Source: Eledone cirrhosa (lineage: Eukaryota). From it: a stretch of 64,000 nucleotides of DNA. The DNA lies in contig OZ024742.1 of the NCBI GenBank assembly GCA_964016885.1, positions 219,046,001 through 219,110,000 on the forward strand, read 5' to 3'. The position numbers and the translations under genes are program-made. This document shows positions 25,877-39,340 of this stretch, one piece after another. Under the pieces are notes generated by a model. It was not told the DNA's origin. It did no database searches and saw only the letters and a list, made by a program, of their open reading frames with translations. Every line of letters begins with the position of its first letter. Positions within the stretch are counted from its first letter, which is position 1.

Positions 25877-28360
25877 GCTTGGTGAGGAGGGTGATATTTG
25901 AACACCCTGCGGGATGAAATACAAGACCCGGCAAAGGGCGGAGGAACTCAGCAGAGTCAATGGCCATACAAATAGTACTTTTTTTTTTTACCTGGGAGTG
26001 AAAAGCCCCAGTTGTTGTCACAACACCTTTCTAGGAGAGGGAAACTCTGAAAAAAAAATTCGATTGAGAGCCATGCAGGATACCTGGTGGAACCAAAAGG
26101 CTGATGAAATCCAGAAGGCTTCAGATAGACATGATACAAAGCTCTTATACAGTCTGCTCAGGGAGGTGTATGGTCCGACCGGTCCACAAATATCACCACT
26201 TCGCTCCAGGGACGGCAAGGAATTGCTCAGAGATCCGAAGGAAATCCTGATCAGGTGGCATGACCACTTTGATGCGATTCTCAACAGACCATTAGAAATT
26301 GATGTTGAGTTCATCCGGTCGATTCCAACCAGACCTACAAAGCTGGCAATGGCTGATCCTCCTTCATTTGATGAGGTGGCGAAGGCCATTACCAAATTAA
26401 ACAACGGCAAGTCACCTGGAATGGACGGACTGAGTGCCAAGATTTTCAAGTGTGCTGGTGATAACTTCTTAAACCGCCTCACTGATCTCTTTGTGAATGT
26501 TTGGAATGAAGAAGATGTACCACAGGACTGGAAAGATGCATTGATGGTGGTACTTTACAAAGGAAAGGGAGCCAAAGATGACTGTGGCAACTACAGAGGT
26601 ATCTCATTGCTATCTGTGGCTGGGAAGATCTTGTGCAGGATTTTGTTGCACAGATTGATATAGCACATTGCTGTTGAGGTATATCCTGAGTCCCAATGTG
26701 GCTTTAGGAATGGCAGAGGCACTGTTGACATGATCTTCTCGGCCAAACAACTTCAAGAGAACTACATTGAGCAGCCCATGGACTTATACCAAATTTTTAT
26801 CGATCTGACCAAGGAATTTGACACCGTTACTCGGAAGGCTTTGTGGGTTATTTTGGAGAGATTGGGCTGTCCTGAAAAGTTTGTGAACATTCTGAAACTC
26901 TTCCACGATGACATGCAGGCATGGGTGAATGTTGGAGGTAAACAGTCTGAGCCAATCTCGGTTGAAAATGGTATCAAGCAGGGTGATATACCTGCACCGA
27001 CTTTGTTTGCCTTGTATTTCGTAATGGTGTTCTTCATGGCCTTCAAGGATTGTCAACACGGTATCTATCTCAGATCTCGCACTTTCGGTAAGCTGTTTAA
27101 CCTCAGGCGTCTCACTGCCAACACTAAGGTACTGAGTACCTTGATCAGAGAATGTTTATATGCAGATGATTGTGATCTCTTTGCACATTCCTAGAGTAAC
27201 ATGCAACACCTTATGAATTCTTTTTCCAATGCGTGCAGTGCTTTGGGGCTGACAATCAGTCTGAAGAAGACTGTTGTCATGTACCAACCTGCTCCGGACA
27301 AAGTTTTAGATGTACCTTCCATATACGTATACGGTCAAATGCTGAAGGCTGCTGACACATTTGTGTATTTGGGGAGTACTCTGAGTGTGGCCTGCTCTCT
27401 GGATGCAGAAGTTGATCTACGCGTTAGTAAGGCAAGTGAGTCATTTGGAAGGCTCAACGACCGTCTTTGGTGCAGGCGAGGAATAGCAATGAGGACCAAG
27501 GTGATGACCAAGGCATACAAACGGCATATCTACAGACTGGAACGGTTTCACCAGCAGTGTCTCAGAAAGATGCTCGGTATCAAATGACAGATGCATGTGA
27601 GTGATGTTGAGGTCCTTGAGAGAAGTGAGTGTCGGAGCATTGAGAGTATCATCCACCAACGGCGTTTGAGATGGACCGGACACCTCTACAAAATGGAGGA
27701 TGATCGAATCCCAAAAAGGCCCTTGTATGGCGAGCTTTGTGAGGGTAAGAGACCACCTCACAAGCCAAGGCTCCGATTCAAGGATTGTGTAAAGGACTCG
27801 TTGAAAAAAAAATGGTTTGATTATGGCTGACTGGGAGATAGGAGCTCTTGAAAGAGAAACTTGGCGTGGAATGCTGTATCATGGGGTCCATAATTTTGAG
27901 GACAGACGCATAGAGCACGAGAAGATCAAACGGGATGTGCGTAAGCAATGCCCTGATGTATCTCTCGAAACGATCGGTGTCTCCATTGAATTGAAGTGCC
28001 CTGAGTGTAGAAAGATTTGCTTGAGAAAATCTGGTCTCAGGAGCCACAGTCGCAGCCATGTTCAAAGAGAACCACTGAACTATGATCTCCACAGTGTTGT
28101 GAGAGTTCACGGGCAACCTGATGCAGGATCTCAAGCCAGGAAGGTCTATAGGTGTCGTCAGTGTGTAAAAGAGTGCAAGTCTCTAGCAGGCTTGAAAAGC
28201 CATATCCGAGCGTCACACATCTAAATCCGACAAGCGATTGCAATACTCTTGGCAGAGTTTGCAGCCATCATGTATGTATGTATGTATGTATGTATGTATG
28301 TATGTATGTATGTATGTATGTATGTATGTATGTATGTATGTATGTATGTATGTATGTATG
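25877..28360 (+). mobile_element. RTE-clade LINE, apparently lacking the endonuclease region, with (TATG)n tail
   Basis: Putative 5' UTR (25877-26050) is joined at an A-run to RT coding sequence. (TATG)n lies on both sides. Confidence 0.85.
26059..28224 (+). pseudogene. RTE/BovB-like reverse transcriptase with two C-terminal C2H2 zinc fingers
   Basis: Motifs RWHDHF, GKSPGMDG, NYRGISLLSVAGKIL, PESQCGFR, FIDLTKEFDTV, GIKQGD..APTLF, LYADD, YLGS, RLRWTGH, CPEC..GLRSHSRSH and CRQC..GLKSHIRASH. Three in-frame stops and a frameshift at the 27804 A-run. Confidence 0.95.
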
Positions 28361-28535
28361 TGCTACTGGTAACATGTAACCCAGTACAACCTGTCGCATG
28401 GTCGGGTCGTCGGTGACTAAACTGGCAACCCCACCAAGTTTACTTGGTGAGGGGAGGGGTGATTTTAGACACCCTGCAAGACAAAAATCAAAACCTGACA
28501 AAGGGCGGAAGAACTCATTAGAGTCAACGAACATC
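28361..28535 (+). repeat. Second copy of the RTE 5' UTR-like sequence, directly after the (TATG)n tail
   Basis: CTTGGTGAGG..GGGTGAT.TT..ACACCCTGC..AAAGGGCGGA.GAACTCA..AGAGTCAA matches 25877-25960. A further related piece lies at 31962-32025. Confidence 0.7.
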
Positions 28536-28557
28536 TAAAAATGTATAAATATATGCA

Positions 28558-28622
<65 letters not shown>

Positions 28623-28774
28623 ATACTTTGGGAGGGTCATGTTGCCAATAAGAAACACACGCACCAGTTGCTTTCACTTCAATTTATTATAATAAATTTA
28701 TAATAAATTTATAATAAATTTATAAATTTCTGGTTGGTTGGTTGGTTCCACAACCAGATAGTTGTTTATATATT

Positions 28775-28817
28775 GTCATAGTTCTTTCGTCACACACTCT
28801 GTGACCTCTTCAGTGAC
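28775..28817 (-). ncRNA. Hammerhead in the inverted pLTR
   Basis: Reverse complement of 31578-31620. Confidence 0.8.
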
Positions 28818-29392
28818 TGGGGATTCCTTTCTTTGTTTCTGTGCCTCTCCTTTGTTCTGTCCTACGCCATTTTGTTTCTGTGTGTGTGTTGTGTGCTCAG
28901 TCTGCGCATGCGCCACATCCGGGTGTCTGTGTGTGTTTATGTTCATTTATTTATTTGTTTATTTACATGTTACTGGTTGGTTGTTTGTTCTATGTGTGTG
29001 TGTGTTTTCATTTTGTCCTTAATTGTAAGTTGTGATGTTGCTGTTCCACTCATATTTTCTATTTAATTTTGGTTGTAATTCTTTTATGTTTATTGCCTCT
29101 GTAATTTGTCTAAACATTGCGTCTTTTCTGTGTGTAGATTCTATTTTTATTTCTATGTTCTCTAATTTACCCTTGTGTTCTATTTTAGCATGTTGGTAGA
29201 CTACAGGTGATTCTTTACTATCTTGAAGGTCTCGCCAGTGTTCATTTATCCGTTCCCCTATACTACCAGCTGTCTCACCTATGTACACTATATTTTTGTC
29301 TTTACATTGTCCTTCAGTACATCTTATGCTATACACTACATTTCTAGTTTTACAGTTAATATGGGGGCTTATTTTACAGGTTATACATTTCT

Positions 29393-31374
29393 CAATGCCC
29401 ATATGGTGATGTGGATCAATATAATGCAGCCCAACAAAAGGACTGCCAACAACTTCCAGGCCTGGAACAATGACGTGCCGGCGTTGTATGGGCTTCGAAA
29501 AGACCATAAAACGGGCAGTGACCCTGTCGCGGGACCACCAACACGGCCAGTCTGTGGAGCTAACATTGCTAGTAACTACAGACTGTCCTACTTCCTCTCC
29601 CTGATCATATGCCCCATCATTGAAATGTCCCCAGATGTATGTGACAGCACGGAGGACCTCCTCAGCAGAATCGGCGTGAGTAACCGATCTAGGGACCTAA
29701 CAAACTGCATAATAGGTAGTATGGATGTTGTGTCCCTGTATCCATCTATTGACGTGAATTTTGCTGTGGAGAAATGCGTAGAAATGATCAGTGAGAGCAA
29801 TGTTGAGTTCCGTGGGATTGATACCAGTGAGCTGGGACTCCTACTTAAACTTACCTATAGTAATAATTACCTAGACACATATGACCTTAGCAACCTGTGC
29901 CCTACAAGACCAGCAAGAGGCAGACCACCTACCATTACCTCAATGGCCAAGAAAACCCACACAGATAGATGGAACGGGTGGACCAGAGCCATACGGACAC
30001 CCGAAAACCACGATGAACTGAAGAAAATGATTGCACATGCGGTAGGGGCCAGCATAAAACTAACCCTTAAGGAACATATGTTCAAATTTAATGGAAAAAC
30101 ACATGCCCAAGATGAAGGAGCAGCCATTGGTGTTAGCATTGCAGGCGACATAGCTAACTTATTCATGGTATGGTGGGACAGTAGACTTAAACTTAAACTT
30201 AAAGAACAATTAGAAGACCCCTTAACCCTGATAATGTACTCCCGCTACGTTGATAATATAAACATCGTAGTTAAGACACCCCCACTAGAGAACAGTCAGG
30301 AACTAGAGAAAAACACAATGGAAAGCATCCAGCAAATAGCTAACTCCATCCACCAGAGCATTAGAGTTACTATAGACTACCCAAGTAAACACCCCAACCA
30401 TCGATTACCTGTACTAGACACAGAGCTCTGGTTAGATACCATTAATAAAAAAACAAATCCTCCATTCCCATTATGCCAAACCCATGACTTCCAAACATCT
30501 GATCCACCGAAACTCAGCCGTTTCGGACCATACCAAAATCAACATACTGATTGCGGATTTGGTACGGGTGATGAGAAACGTGTCCCGCATGTGCAACCCC
30601 GAAGAACTAGAGAGACACATACAGCACTTCATCCACCGTATGCAGTTCTCTGGCTACAATCAGAGAGATAAAATCAGAGTGTATAGAGGAGCCAGAACCA
30701 AATGGGAAAAAATGGTAAATAATGACATAAATGGGACCTGCCCCTTGTATAGGGGCAAATTTTGGAATAGAATAGAAAGAACTAGGAACAAGGATAATAG
30801 AATAAACTCATGGTATGATAGCAATAAATACCAGAGTGTAATGTTCATCGATACAACCCCTAGAGGTGAATTAGCTTACAAATTTAGAAGGGCCCTAAAT
30901 AAACATAAACTCAATATTAAGATAGTAGAAAGACCAGGTACCTCCGTAAACACACTCATTAGCAAGACATACCCTTTTCAAAGACCCTCATGTATAGATA
31001 AGAAATGTATAACCTGTAAAACAAGCCCCCATATTAACTGTAAAACTAGAAATGTAGTGTATAGCATAAGATGTACTGAAGGACAATGTAGAGACAAAAA
31101 TATAGTGTACATAGGTGAGACAGCTCGTAGTATAGGGGAACGGATAAATGAACACTGGCGAGACCTTCAAGATAGTAAAGAATCATCTGTACTCTACCAA
31201 CATGCCAAAATAGAATACAAGGGTAAATTAGAGAACATAGAAATAAAAATAGAATCTACACACAGAAAAGACGCAATGTTTAGACAAATTACAGAGGCAA
31301 TAAACATAAAAGAATTACAACCAAAATTAAATAGAAAATATGAGTGGAACAGCAACATCACAACTTACAATTAA
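29393..31374 (+). pseudogene. PLE reverse transcriptase + GIY-YIG endonuclease
   Basis: RT motifs LYGLRKDHK, PTRPV, SMDVVSLYPSI, QDEGAAIG, RYVDN (YVDD mutated) and LPVLD, with a frameshift at the A-run near 30450. Then a Cys-rich linker CIDKKCITC..C followed by NVVYSIRC..VYIGETAR..ERINEH..EAINI..P.LN. Confidence 0.93.
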
Positions 31375-31577
31375 GGACAAAATGAAAACACACACACACA
31401 CATAGAACAAACAACCAACCAGTAACATGTAAATAAACAAATAAATAAATGAACATAAACACACACAGACACCCGGATGTGGCGCATGCGCAGACTGAGC
31501 ACACAACACACACACAGAAACAAAATGGCGTAGGACAGAACAAAGGAGAGGCACAGAAACAAAGAAAGGAATCCCCA

Positions 31578-31620
31578 GTCACTGAAGAGGTCACAGAGTG
31601 TGTGACGAAAGAACTATGAC
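31578..31620 (+). ncRNA. Minimal type I hammerhead in the PLE 3' pLTR
   Basis: gtca-CTGAAGA-g gtcaca gagtg tgtgac-GAAA-gaac-TA-tgac. Helix I is 4 bp and helix II 6 bp. Confidence 0.8.
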
Positions 31621-32410
31621 AATATATAAACAACTATCTGGTTGTGGAACCAACCAACCAACCAGAAATTTATAAATTTATAAATTTATTATAAATTTAT
31701 TATAATAAATTGAAGTGAAAGCAACTGGTGCGTGTGTTTCTTATTGGCAACATGACCCTCCCAAAGTATAACAATATCGGTTTCAACACACGATTTCAGA
31801 TAAAGAATCTTGCTAAACAAATTCAGAAACGAAATATATATATATATATATATATATGTATATGTATACACGTATATATGTATATATGTATATACATATA
31901 TTCATATGTGTATATATACGAGTGGAAATAATCGGGCTGGATACTCGATCGCGCGGTTAAACCACTGGGAGTGAAGGACCCCTAGCCTTTGCCAAGGTAT
32001 TCTTCTAGGAGAAGGCAACTCAGGAAAGTGGGATAACACCTGCGGCTCAGTAGTTACCGATGATGTTGATATTTTCTTCTTTTCGGGTTATAGCTACTGT
32101 CGCTCAAAGAATGGGATTGGCTCAGTGCACAGTCTTTCAACTTTAAAAAATTTCATCAAGTGCAGGCATTGCAGGATAGCATTAATTGATAATTATTAAT
32201 AATGTTATATCGTGTAATGGCCATACTCGATAACGAGGGGGCAGCCATCATGTCTGTATGTATGCATGAACCAACGTGGTACACCCCTACCTTAAACCTA
32301 GACTTGATAGAAATAGCAGCTAACTCTTCATTAAATACACACACACACACACTGAATAGTCAAGAACGTGTAATTGAGTATGATCTTTCCACAAAAATAG
32401 GTTTCACTTC

Positions 32411-32477
<67 letters not shown>

Positions 32478-33015
32478 TTGCTAAGTTTGTCTGTGTATAT
32501 TTCCACTCCCTTAATACTTTTTTCTATGTAGCTATCACCTGTTCACTGCTGTCACCACAGTGCTGAATTAACAATTTATACTTCTCTGCCTTTTATTCTA
32601 CCTTTCTCTCTCATATTACTTCCACCCCTCACTTCCAATCACCTGTCTCCTTCTCTTTTACCGTCTTTGTTTCTCCTTCCTCTCTTGCTAAAATGAGAAT
32701 AGTAAAAATTCTAAACATTGATTCGTCCAGCTATTGAAGTTCTAAAATGATCGCCTTTTAACATCTATAGTCTCATAAATACATCATTTTATTTTACATT
32801 ATTAATCAAAGAGACAGCCTTAAGTACAGTCCATCTTCATAATAGGTTATATGACTACAGCTGCTATAATATTAACCTCTCCAATTGTATGCAGAATTGT
32901 ATAGATTTTATATGTTGATTGTAAAAGGCTTTCATTTCACCATTAAATATGGGATGATGACATATGAAAAGACATCAAGCTTGGACGTTTTACAAACCTT
33001 TCATTTAGTGTCTTA

Positions 33016-33491
33016 CTAGCCCGGCGTTGCTTGGGATTCTAGATTGGCATGTTTATCCCTCCTTTCTGAAACAGTACAGAGAAGTACGGATTACCTCGGC
33101 CTGGGGATGGTGTCTACATTTTGTGCTTATAAAAACAGAAGCGGGTACTGAAGGGCGTCATAAGATCTGTGGGTTTCACTTATATGCTGAATGAAAGGAA
33201 AAGAGCGAAGATAATACGTCAGCAATGAGAACAATATTTGCTCTAGGATTCTTATATATTTGATATATATTTATCCTTATTGAGCCTCGTGAAATAAATA
33301 CGTTTGTTTATATTTTGTTATTGTGTATGCAAAAATATCTGTACACGAATATATAATTATATATATATATATATTAAAATAACAGATTAAAGTTTAAGCA
33401 AAGAATCGCTGCTTTCACCCTTAACGGGATCTTCTGAAACTAATAAAATCAATCTGTGAACGCAGAAGTAAATATTTCGAAAAACGTTACA

Positions 33492-33537
<46 letters not shown>

Positions 33538-33869
33538 TATATATATACATATATACATACACACACAAATAGCGAAGTCAATGTTTTCAGAATGTCGTAA
33601 TGCAGACAGCCAGACAAACAGACATATATTATAAGGGCGCGATGTTATAGCTATGTATCTATCTAAAAAGACAGACTAAGGAAGAGAGAGAGCGAGATCG
33701 CTAACCGGCGCCTAATGCGGTCCCTAGGGCATTGAAAATTTGAAATATCTTTTGCTCAAAACACTCACACGACCATAAATATTACATGTGTAAAGTTTGA
33801 AAAAAATCGGTTGGGTGGTTCTCGAGTTTTAGGGCGACAGACAGACATTCCCAGTTTTAGATATATAGA
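33016..33869 (-). mobile_element. Non-autonomous Helitron with a nested (TA)n-associated repeat
   Basis: A|TC...CTAG|T on the minus strand, with 3' hairpin CCCGGCGTTGCTTGGG and a 5' region like 6140-6219. Confidence 0.75.
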
Positions 33870-34149
33870 TTAAATTGAAAATCTTTGATTTGCTTATTCG
33901 AAATTATGATCTCACGCTAATATTTTACCTTTGACGGTTCCATTGCAAAATTTCCGAATGACTTTTCATGTAACAAACAAACGTATTGTCACATTAGAAA
34001 TAGAAAGAATAAAGCTAAATTTCCAATATTTCTGTGAGTATTACAGACATTTTCCCAATATTTAGATCTGTCTGAGTGAGTGTGTGTGAGTATATGTCTG
34101 TGTGTTTGTGTTTGTGTTTGTGTGTCTCTGTGTCTGTGTGTGTGTCTGC

Positions 34150-34236
<87 letters not shown>

Positions 34237-35342
34237 AATGTATGTGTGTTGCCACAGGACACACGGGTTTCGACACGTTACAAGGACGCTTTTATTTCCA
34301 TGAGTGGTTTACTTTCCGACATCCCGGCAGAGGTAAGGTAATGAATTGACAGAATCGTTATAGCGTAGGACAATCAATATACCTTGCGGTATTTATTCGA
34401 GCTCTCTACACTTTCTACACTTGGGTAAAATTGACCCTTCACCCTTTAGGATTGATAAATAAAGTACCAGTCCAAAGCAGCAGAATTCCAAATTAGAGCG
34501 TCAGACGAGAAGCCTTGCGATAATTGTTCCGATAATTAGTTCAAATCCTGCTGTGGCCTGCTTCAGTGAGACAATTCTCCACCCAATTTAGTACGACAAT
34601 TTTGTCCTTCAACGCCTTTGGCGAAGTTCACTCTGTTGCAAACATTCACACCAGATCGAATGGCGCTTTACGAAAGAAGAATCTTGCAATAGTTGTTTTA
34701 CAGTAAGTCACAGATGCTTCCTTATTCCGTTCGCCGTCAGAAATCCAGTAAGGTAGCTCACTAGAAACCTGAAACCAACGATTCAATTTTTCACCCTATG
34801 CAATATGAAATGAAACAAGGATAGAATTAAAATGAAATAAAATAGATAATCATTTAAATCCTTCAAATAACGTATCCATCTGTTTAGCTAACTTTATATG
34901 TAGGTACTAATTAGAACACAGTAAGTAGGTGTATAGTTAGTTGTATAGGATTTCTTCTGAATGAATACAATGTCGCTTTTGTAAGAAGGTTTGGGTTGTA
35001 TGGTTGTTGATTAGAAGATAGCTACATAATTTGTGTATTGTTCTTTGTTAGTAGCTGTATATCTGAATTGCTATTTGATATACACTAGCTCGAATAATAA
35101 GCATTCAAGGTTATACACACGTACACACACATAAACACATACACGCACACATACACATATACACACACGTGTCTGGCGTTCTCATATGACTACTGAAATG
35201 GCTGACATGATCACAGTTTAAAACATTCACAGCGAGGCTTATGAATGTTTAGTATACATCATATATGCCCTCATATAACATTTTATCTAAAATAATCTTT
35301 CTATAGTCAACTATAGTAATTTGTATATGAGTGTGTATGTGG

Positions 35343-35442
<100 letters not shown>

Positions 35443-36230
35443 TCGTTAAGTACATTAGGCCTCAGAGAATTAAACACACACAAATCAAACGCAAAATACA
35501 AATATTTCATAACGTTTAAGTTAGTTTCATAACAGAAACTAGTGAAAACAAACTACCATTTTTGGTTATTTTTCTTCAACTACATATATGTTTATCTCTT
35601 TCTATATAAGATTCTTTGTCTCTCTGTCTGTATGTCTGTTTCCTATCCATTTTCAAACGGTTCGACTAAATCAAATCAAATTTTACAAAGTAACAGTATT
35701 ATACCCCGGGAGTGTCAACATGTAATTTTTATTTTCATTTGGATTAAAACAATATAACGTTTTAACTAAAATAATCTTTCTGTAGTCAACTATAGTAATT
35801 TGTATATGAGTGTGTATGTGTCTGTGAGTGTGTGTGTGTTTGTGCGTTCGTTACGTACGTTAGGCCTCAGAGAATTAAACACACACACATCTACACATAT
35901 ATATATATACGTATATATACGTATGTGTTGACTGACAAGTATATATGTGAGTGTATGTGAGAATAGACGTCTTATTTTGTATATGAATGTGTATGTGTGT
36001 GTGTGTGTGTTTGCGCGTTCGTTAGGTACGTAAGTTGCACAGAGAATTAAACGTACACACACATCTACACATACATATACATATGTTCTGACTGACAAGT
36101 ATATGTATGTGAGAGTGCATGTGAGAGTGTATGTGTGTGTGAGTATACATACATTTCTGTGACGACTGACTTAACGAACACACACATACACACACACACA
36201 CACATCGAAAGAGAGAGGGACACAGAGAGT

Positions 36231-36309
<79 letters not shown>

Positions 36310-36491
36310 GCCGTTATACAGAGAGAGATACAATCACAAACGACTCTTCAAGGCAAAATAAACTGGTTAAACGCTGCGTTTTCATATGATCCATCAAAGA
36401 ATTATAGAAATAATCCTAAAGTCACAATTGGTAACATGGATATTACATGTAAATACGGGTTAATATAAATAAATATCATTATTTCTGAATC

Positions 36492-36681
36492 GGCGGTGGA
36501 TTGGCAGTATCAGTAGAGGGTCGGACGCTATGCTTTCCAGCATAGTTACGTCCCTTTACGATCTGAGTTCAAATCCCGCCGAGGTTGACTTTGCCTTTCA
36601 TCCTTACGGGGTCGATAAAATAAAGTACCAGTAATGCACTGGGTAATTGCTGGCCTTGTACCTAAAGTAGAAACAATTATT
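36492..36681 (+). mobile_element. Full-length tRNA-derived SINE (most abundant family here)
   Basis: Box A-like TGGCAGTATCAGTAG, box B GTTCAAATCC, conserved core and (ATT) tail; TSD ATTATTTCTGAA. Confidence 0.92.
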
Positions 36682-36995
36682 TCTGAAGACAGCATATATA
36701 TGTGTAGGTATGTATATTCCCTTTGATAGTTTGTAAACATTTTACATAGATCTATATGATATACATACCAACACACACATATATATCCTAGAAACGATCG
36801 TAAAATGATGAATTTTTTAATATAAGGAACTATTTCTTTGTTTTTATTCATTATTTTTATTAATTTATCTTGACTCTGTTTTCCTGTGTTTTTCATCGAA
36901 AAAATTTTGAAAACATCTTCTCTTTTCATGATATTTGGATTACATTGAGTTCTTCATACGGATTGGACACTACTGTATATGTTGGTAGATTTATC

Positions 36996-37036
<41 letters not shown>

Positions 37037-37278
37037 TGTATGTATATATATGTGTGTGTGTATGTATGTGTGTGTTATTGTCATTCAACAAAGTTAATTT
37101 TATAACAGATTTGAAGCACTCCACAAGATTTATCTGGAGTATCATTAATATTAACAATATTAATAAATGGAAAATATCTTTATAATACCATATAGTATAA
37201 GCTCGCTAACTGCCGTTAGCGACCTTATACTATTAAGTCTACGCTAAGGTATGTCAATATCTTAACACCAAATATTAT

Positions 37279-37336
37279 ATTGTATCTGATGAAAGCACAC
37301 TAAAATTTTGTGTCCTTGAAATACGTATAATGAAAT
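37279..37336 (+). ncRNA. Type I hammerhead inside a small inverted-repeat cassette (37146-37385)
   Basis: attgtat-CTGATGA-aag cac...gtg tc ctt-GAAA-tacgta-TA-atgaaat. Helix III is the palindrome ATACGTAT. Confidence 0.7.
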
Positions 37337-37535
37337 AAATATGGTATTATAAAGATATTTTCCATTTATTAATATTGTTAATATATATATATATATATAT
37401 ATATTTATTTATTAAAATAACAGATTAAAGTTTAAGCAAAGAATCGCTGCTCTACGGTTCTTATCTTATATATTTGATATATAATTGATATATATTTATC
37501 CTTATCGAGCCCTCTTTGGATTTTAGTCTTCAAAT

Positions 37536-37605
<70 letters not shown>

Positions 37606-37661
37606 GACGTAAAATAAGAAAATTTAAAAAATTAAAAATTAACTTACTTACTAAAATTTTC

Positions 37662-37743
37662 ACTCCAACTAATTAGTTTCTGTAATGGGATAAATATAGT
37701 TACGCAATGCAACTATCGAGAATTCATTACGTCATCAGGGAGT
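37662..37743 (-). ncRNA. Type I hammerhead (left arm)
   Basis: Reverse complement of 38056-38137 with one substitution. Confidence 0.85.
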
Positions 37744-38055
37744 CTATTCTCAGGCAATGCGCGGACACTAGGAACTATATTTATCTCCAAATTATTTATT
37801 TGTTGAGCAAACTTGCCAAATCCACTGCTAATTCATTGTAGTGGTAGTAGGCTCTTGTCATAATACCACCCCACTCCTACTGACTAGCCCCAGTGTCACG
37901 TGATTGATTCTTTAGAATCTGCCACTTGACCAGAGACAGTGAACTTTTTCAGTGCTATGGAATTCAGTCCCCGCTAGCTGTTCCATCCACCGAATTATTA
38001 TTTTTATATGAGTTCCTAGTGTCCGCGCATTGCCTGGGGACTTAGCTGAGAATAG

Positions 38056-38137
38056 ACTCCCTGATGACGTAATGAATTCTCGATAGTTACATTGCGTAAC
38101 TATATTTATCCCATTACAGAAACTAATTAGTTGGAGT
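38056..38137 (+). ncRNA. Type I hammerhead with extended helix II
   Basis: actcc-CTGATGA-c gtaatg...atagttac attgc gtaactat...cattac a-GAAA-ctaattag-TT-ggagt. Helix III is the palindrome ACTAATTAGT. Confidence 0.88.
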
Positions 38138-38307
38138 GAAAATTTTAGTAAGTAAGTTAATTTTTAATTTTTTAAATTTTCTTATTTTACGTCTTTCATA
38201 TAATTGTTCTGCATCCCCCTGCATAGAACCACCTAGGTACTATGACATAACTTATGTATTTGCTAGCATTAGTGTACATCTGTACGCATATGTTGGTAAA
38301 TATACTA

Positions 38308-38413
<106 letters not shown>

Positions 38414-38618
38414 GATGATATTCCGAAGAGGATCGGTAAATAACCTCAGTTAAATAAGGTACTCAAAATGTTAGTACAAAATAAGCATATTTATTTTATA
38501 TAGAAATGACTCCTACGTGACTAGAACTGTTTTGTTCCTATTTAAATCATCAGGACATTCCAGATGATTTCAAATCAATGAAACAGTTTTAATCCAGTAG
38601 AAGTCATTTATATATATA

Positions 38619-38741
<123 letters not shown>

Positions 38742-38800
38742 CAAAATATTAATAAATGAGAAATATTATCATAACTAAAGTATATATTTTATTATACATA

Positions 38801-39340
38801 CTAGCAGAAAAACCACCCTTAGGGTGGTTTTCTGCTAGCATGTGAAGTGTGTATATTGATATTATACGCAAGTATATATTCATGTCAATATGATACATCA
38901 AATAAAATCGTAATTGACAATATAAACAGAAATTGAACGAAGACGTTGTTACACTGTCTTATGTAATCAGTAATGTAATCCATGATACATTAAAAAAAGA
39001 CGATATTATATATAAACTGCATTAGGAGAAAATTAGTGACAGAAAATTAGTATGTTTATTTAAGTGATCACCACTGGAAGTGTTGTCATCACACACTCTC
39101 TCTTTCTATATATATGGTAGTTGAAGTGGTGGCAACCATATACCGGAAGTGCAACTTTGAAAAGAAGTCAATTTTAAATTATTTATTTTTACGTAATTAT
39201 GTTTATTTACGAAATTTAGTAGATAAATTATGTAATATTCATTCATTATTTATTGAAAGTAATCCAACTTATTTTACTAACGGGATAAAAAAAATCAAAC
39301 CGTACGCAGTCCCGCAGACCTTCCTTTATTATAGTTTAGA
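38801..39340 (-). mobile_element. Non-autonomous Helitron inserted inside a hammerhead motif
   Basis: A|TC...CTAG|T termini and terminal hairpin CTAGCAGAAAAACCACCCTTAGGGTGGTTTTCTGCTAG. Homologous to 15725-16152. Confidence 0.9.

Larger units (their letters stand above)
28615..31832 (+). mobile_element. Penelope-like retroelement (Neptune-like), 5'-truncated, with inverted pseudo-LTR, inserted in (TA)n
   Basis: 28615-29392 is the reverse complement of 31001-31777. There is a short 3' tail to 31832 and (TA)n on both sides. Confidence 0.92.
37601..38198. repeat. Inverted-repeat cassette (arms 37601-37776 and 38011-38198) carrying two hammerheads
   Basis: Arms are near-perfect reverse complements and start at a (TA)n tract. 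Confidence 0.92.

Noticed and set aside
26018-28243. Minus-strand ORFs over the RTE, and plus-strand ORFs over the Helitron
   Set aside because: They are antisense shadows of real transposon reading frames.
29019-29507. Apparent standalone GIY-YIG gene on the minus strand
   Set aside because: It is the inverted duplicate of the PLE 3' end fused to antisense RT sequence.
36492-36590. tRNA-like box A/B sequences, here and in other SINE heads
   Set aside because: There is no complete cloverleaf and they are continuous with SINE core, tail and TSDs, so they are not tRNA genes.
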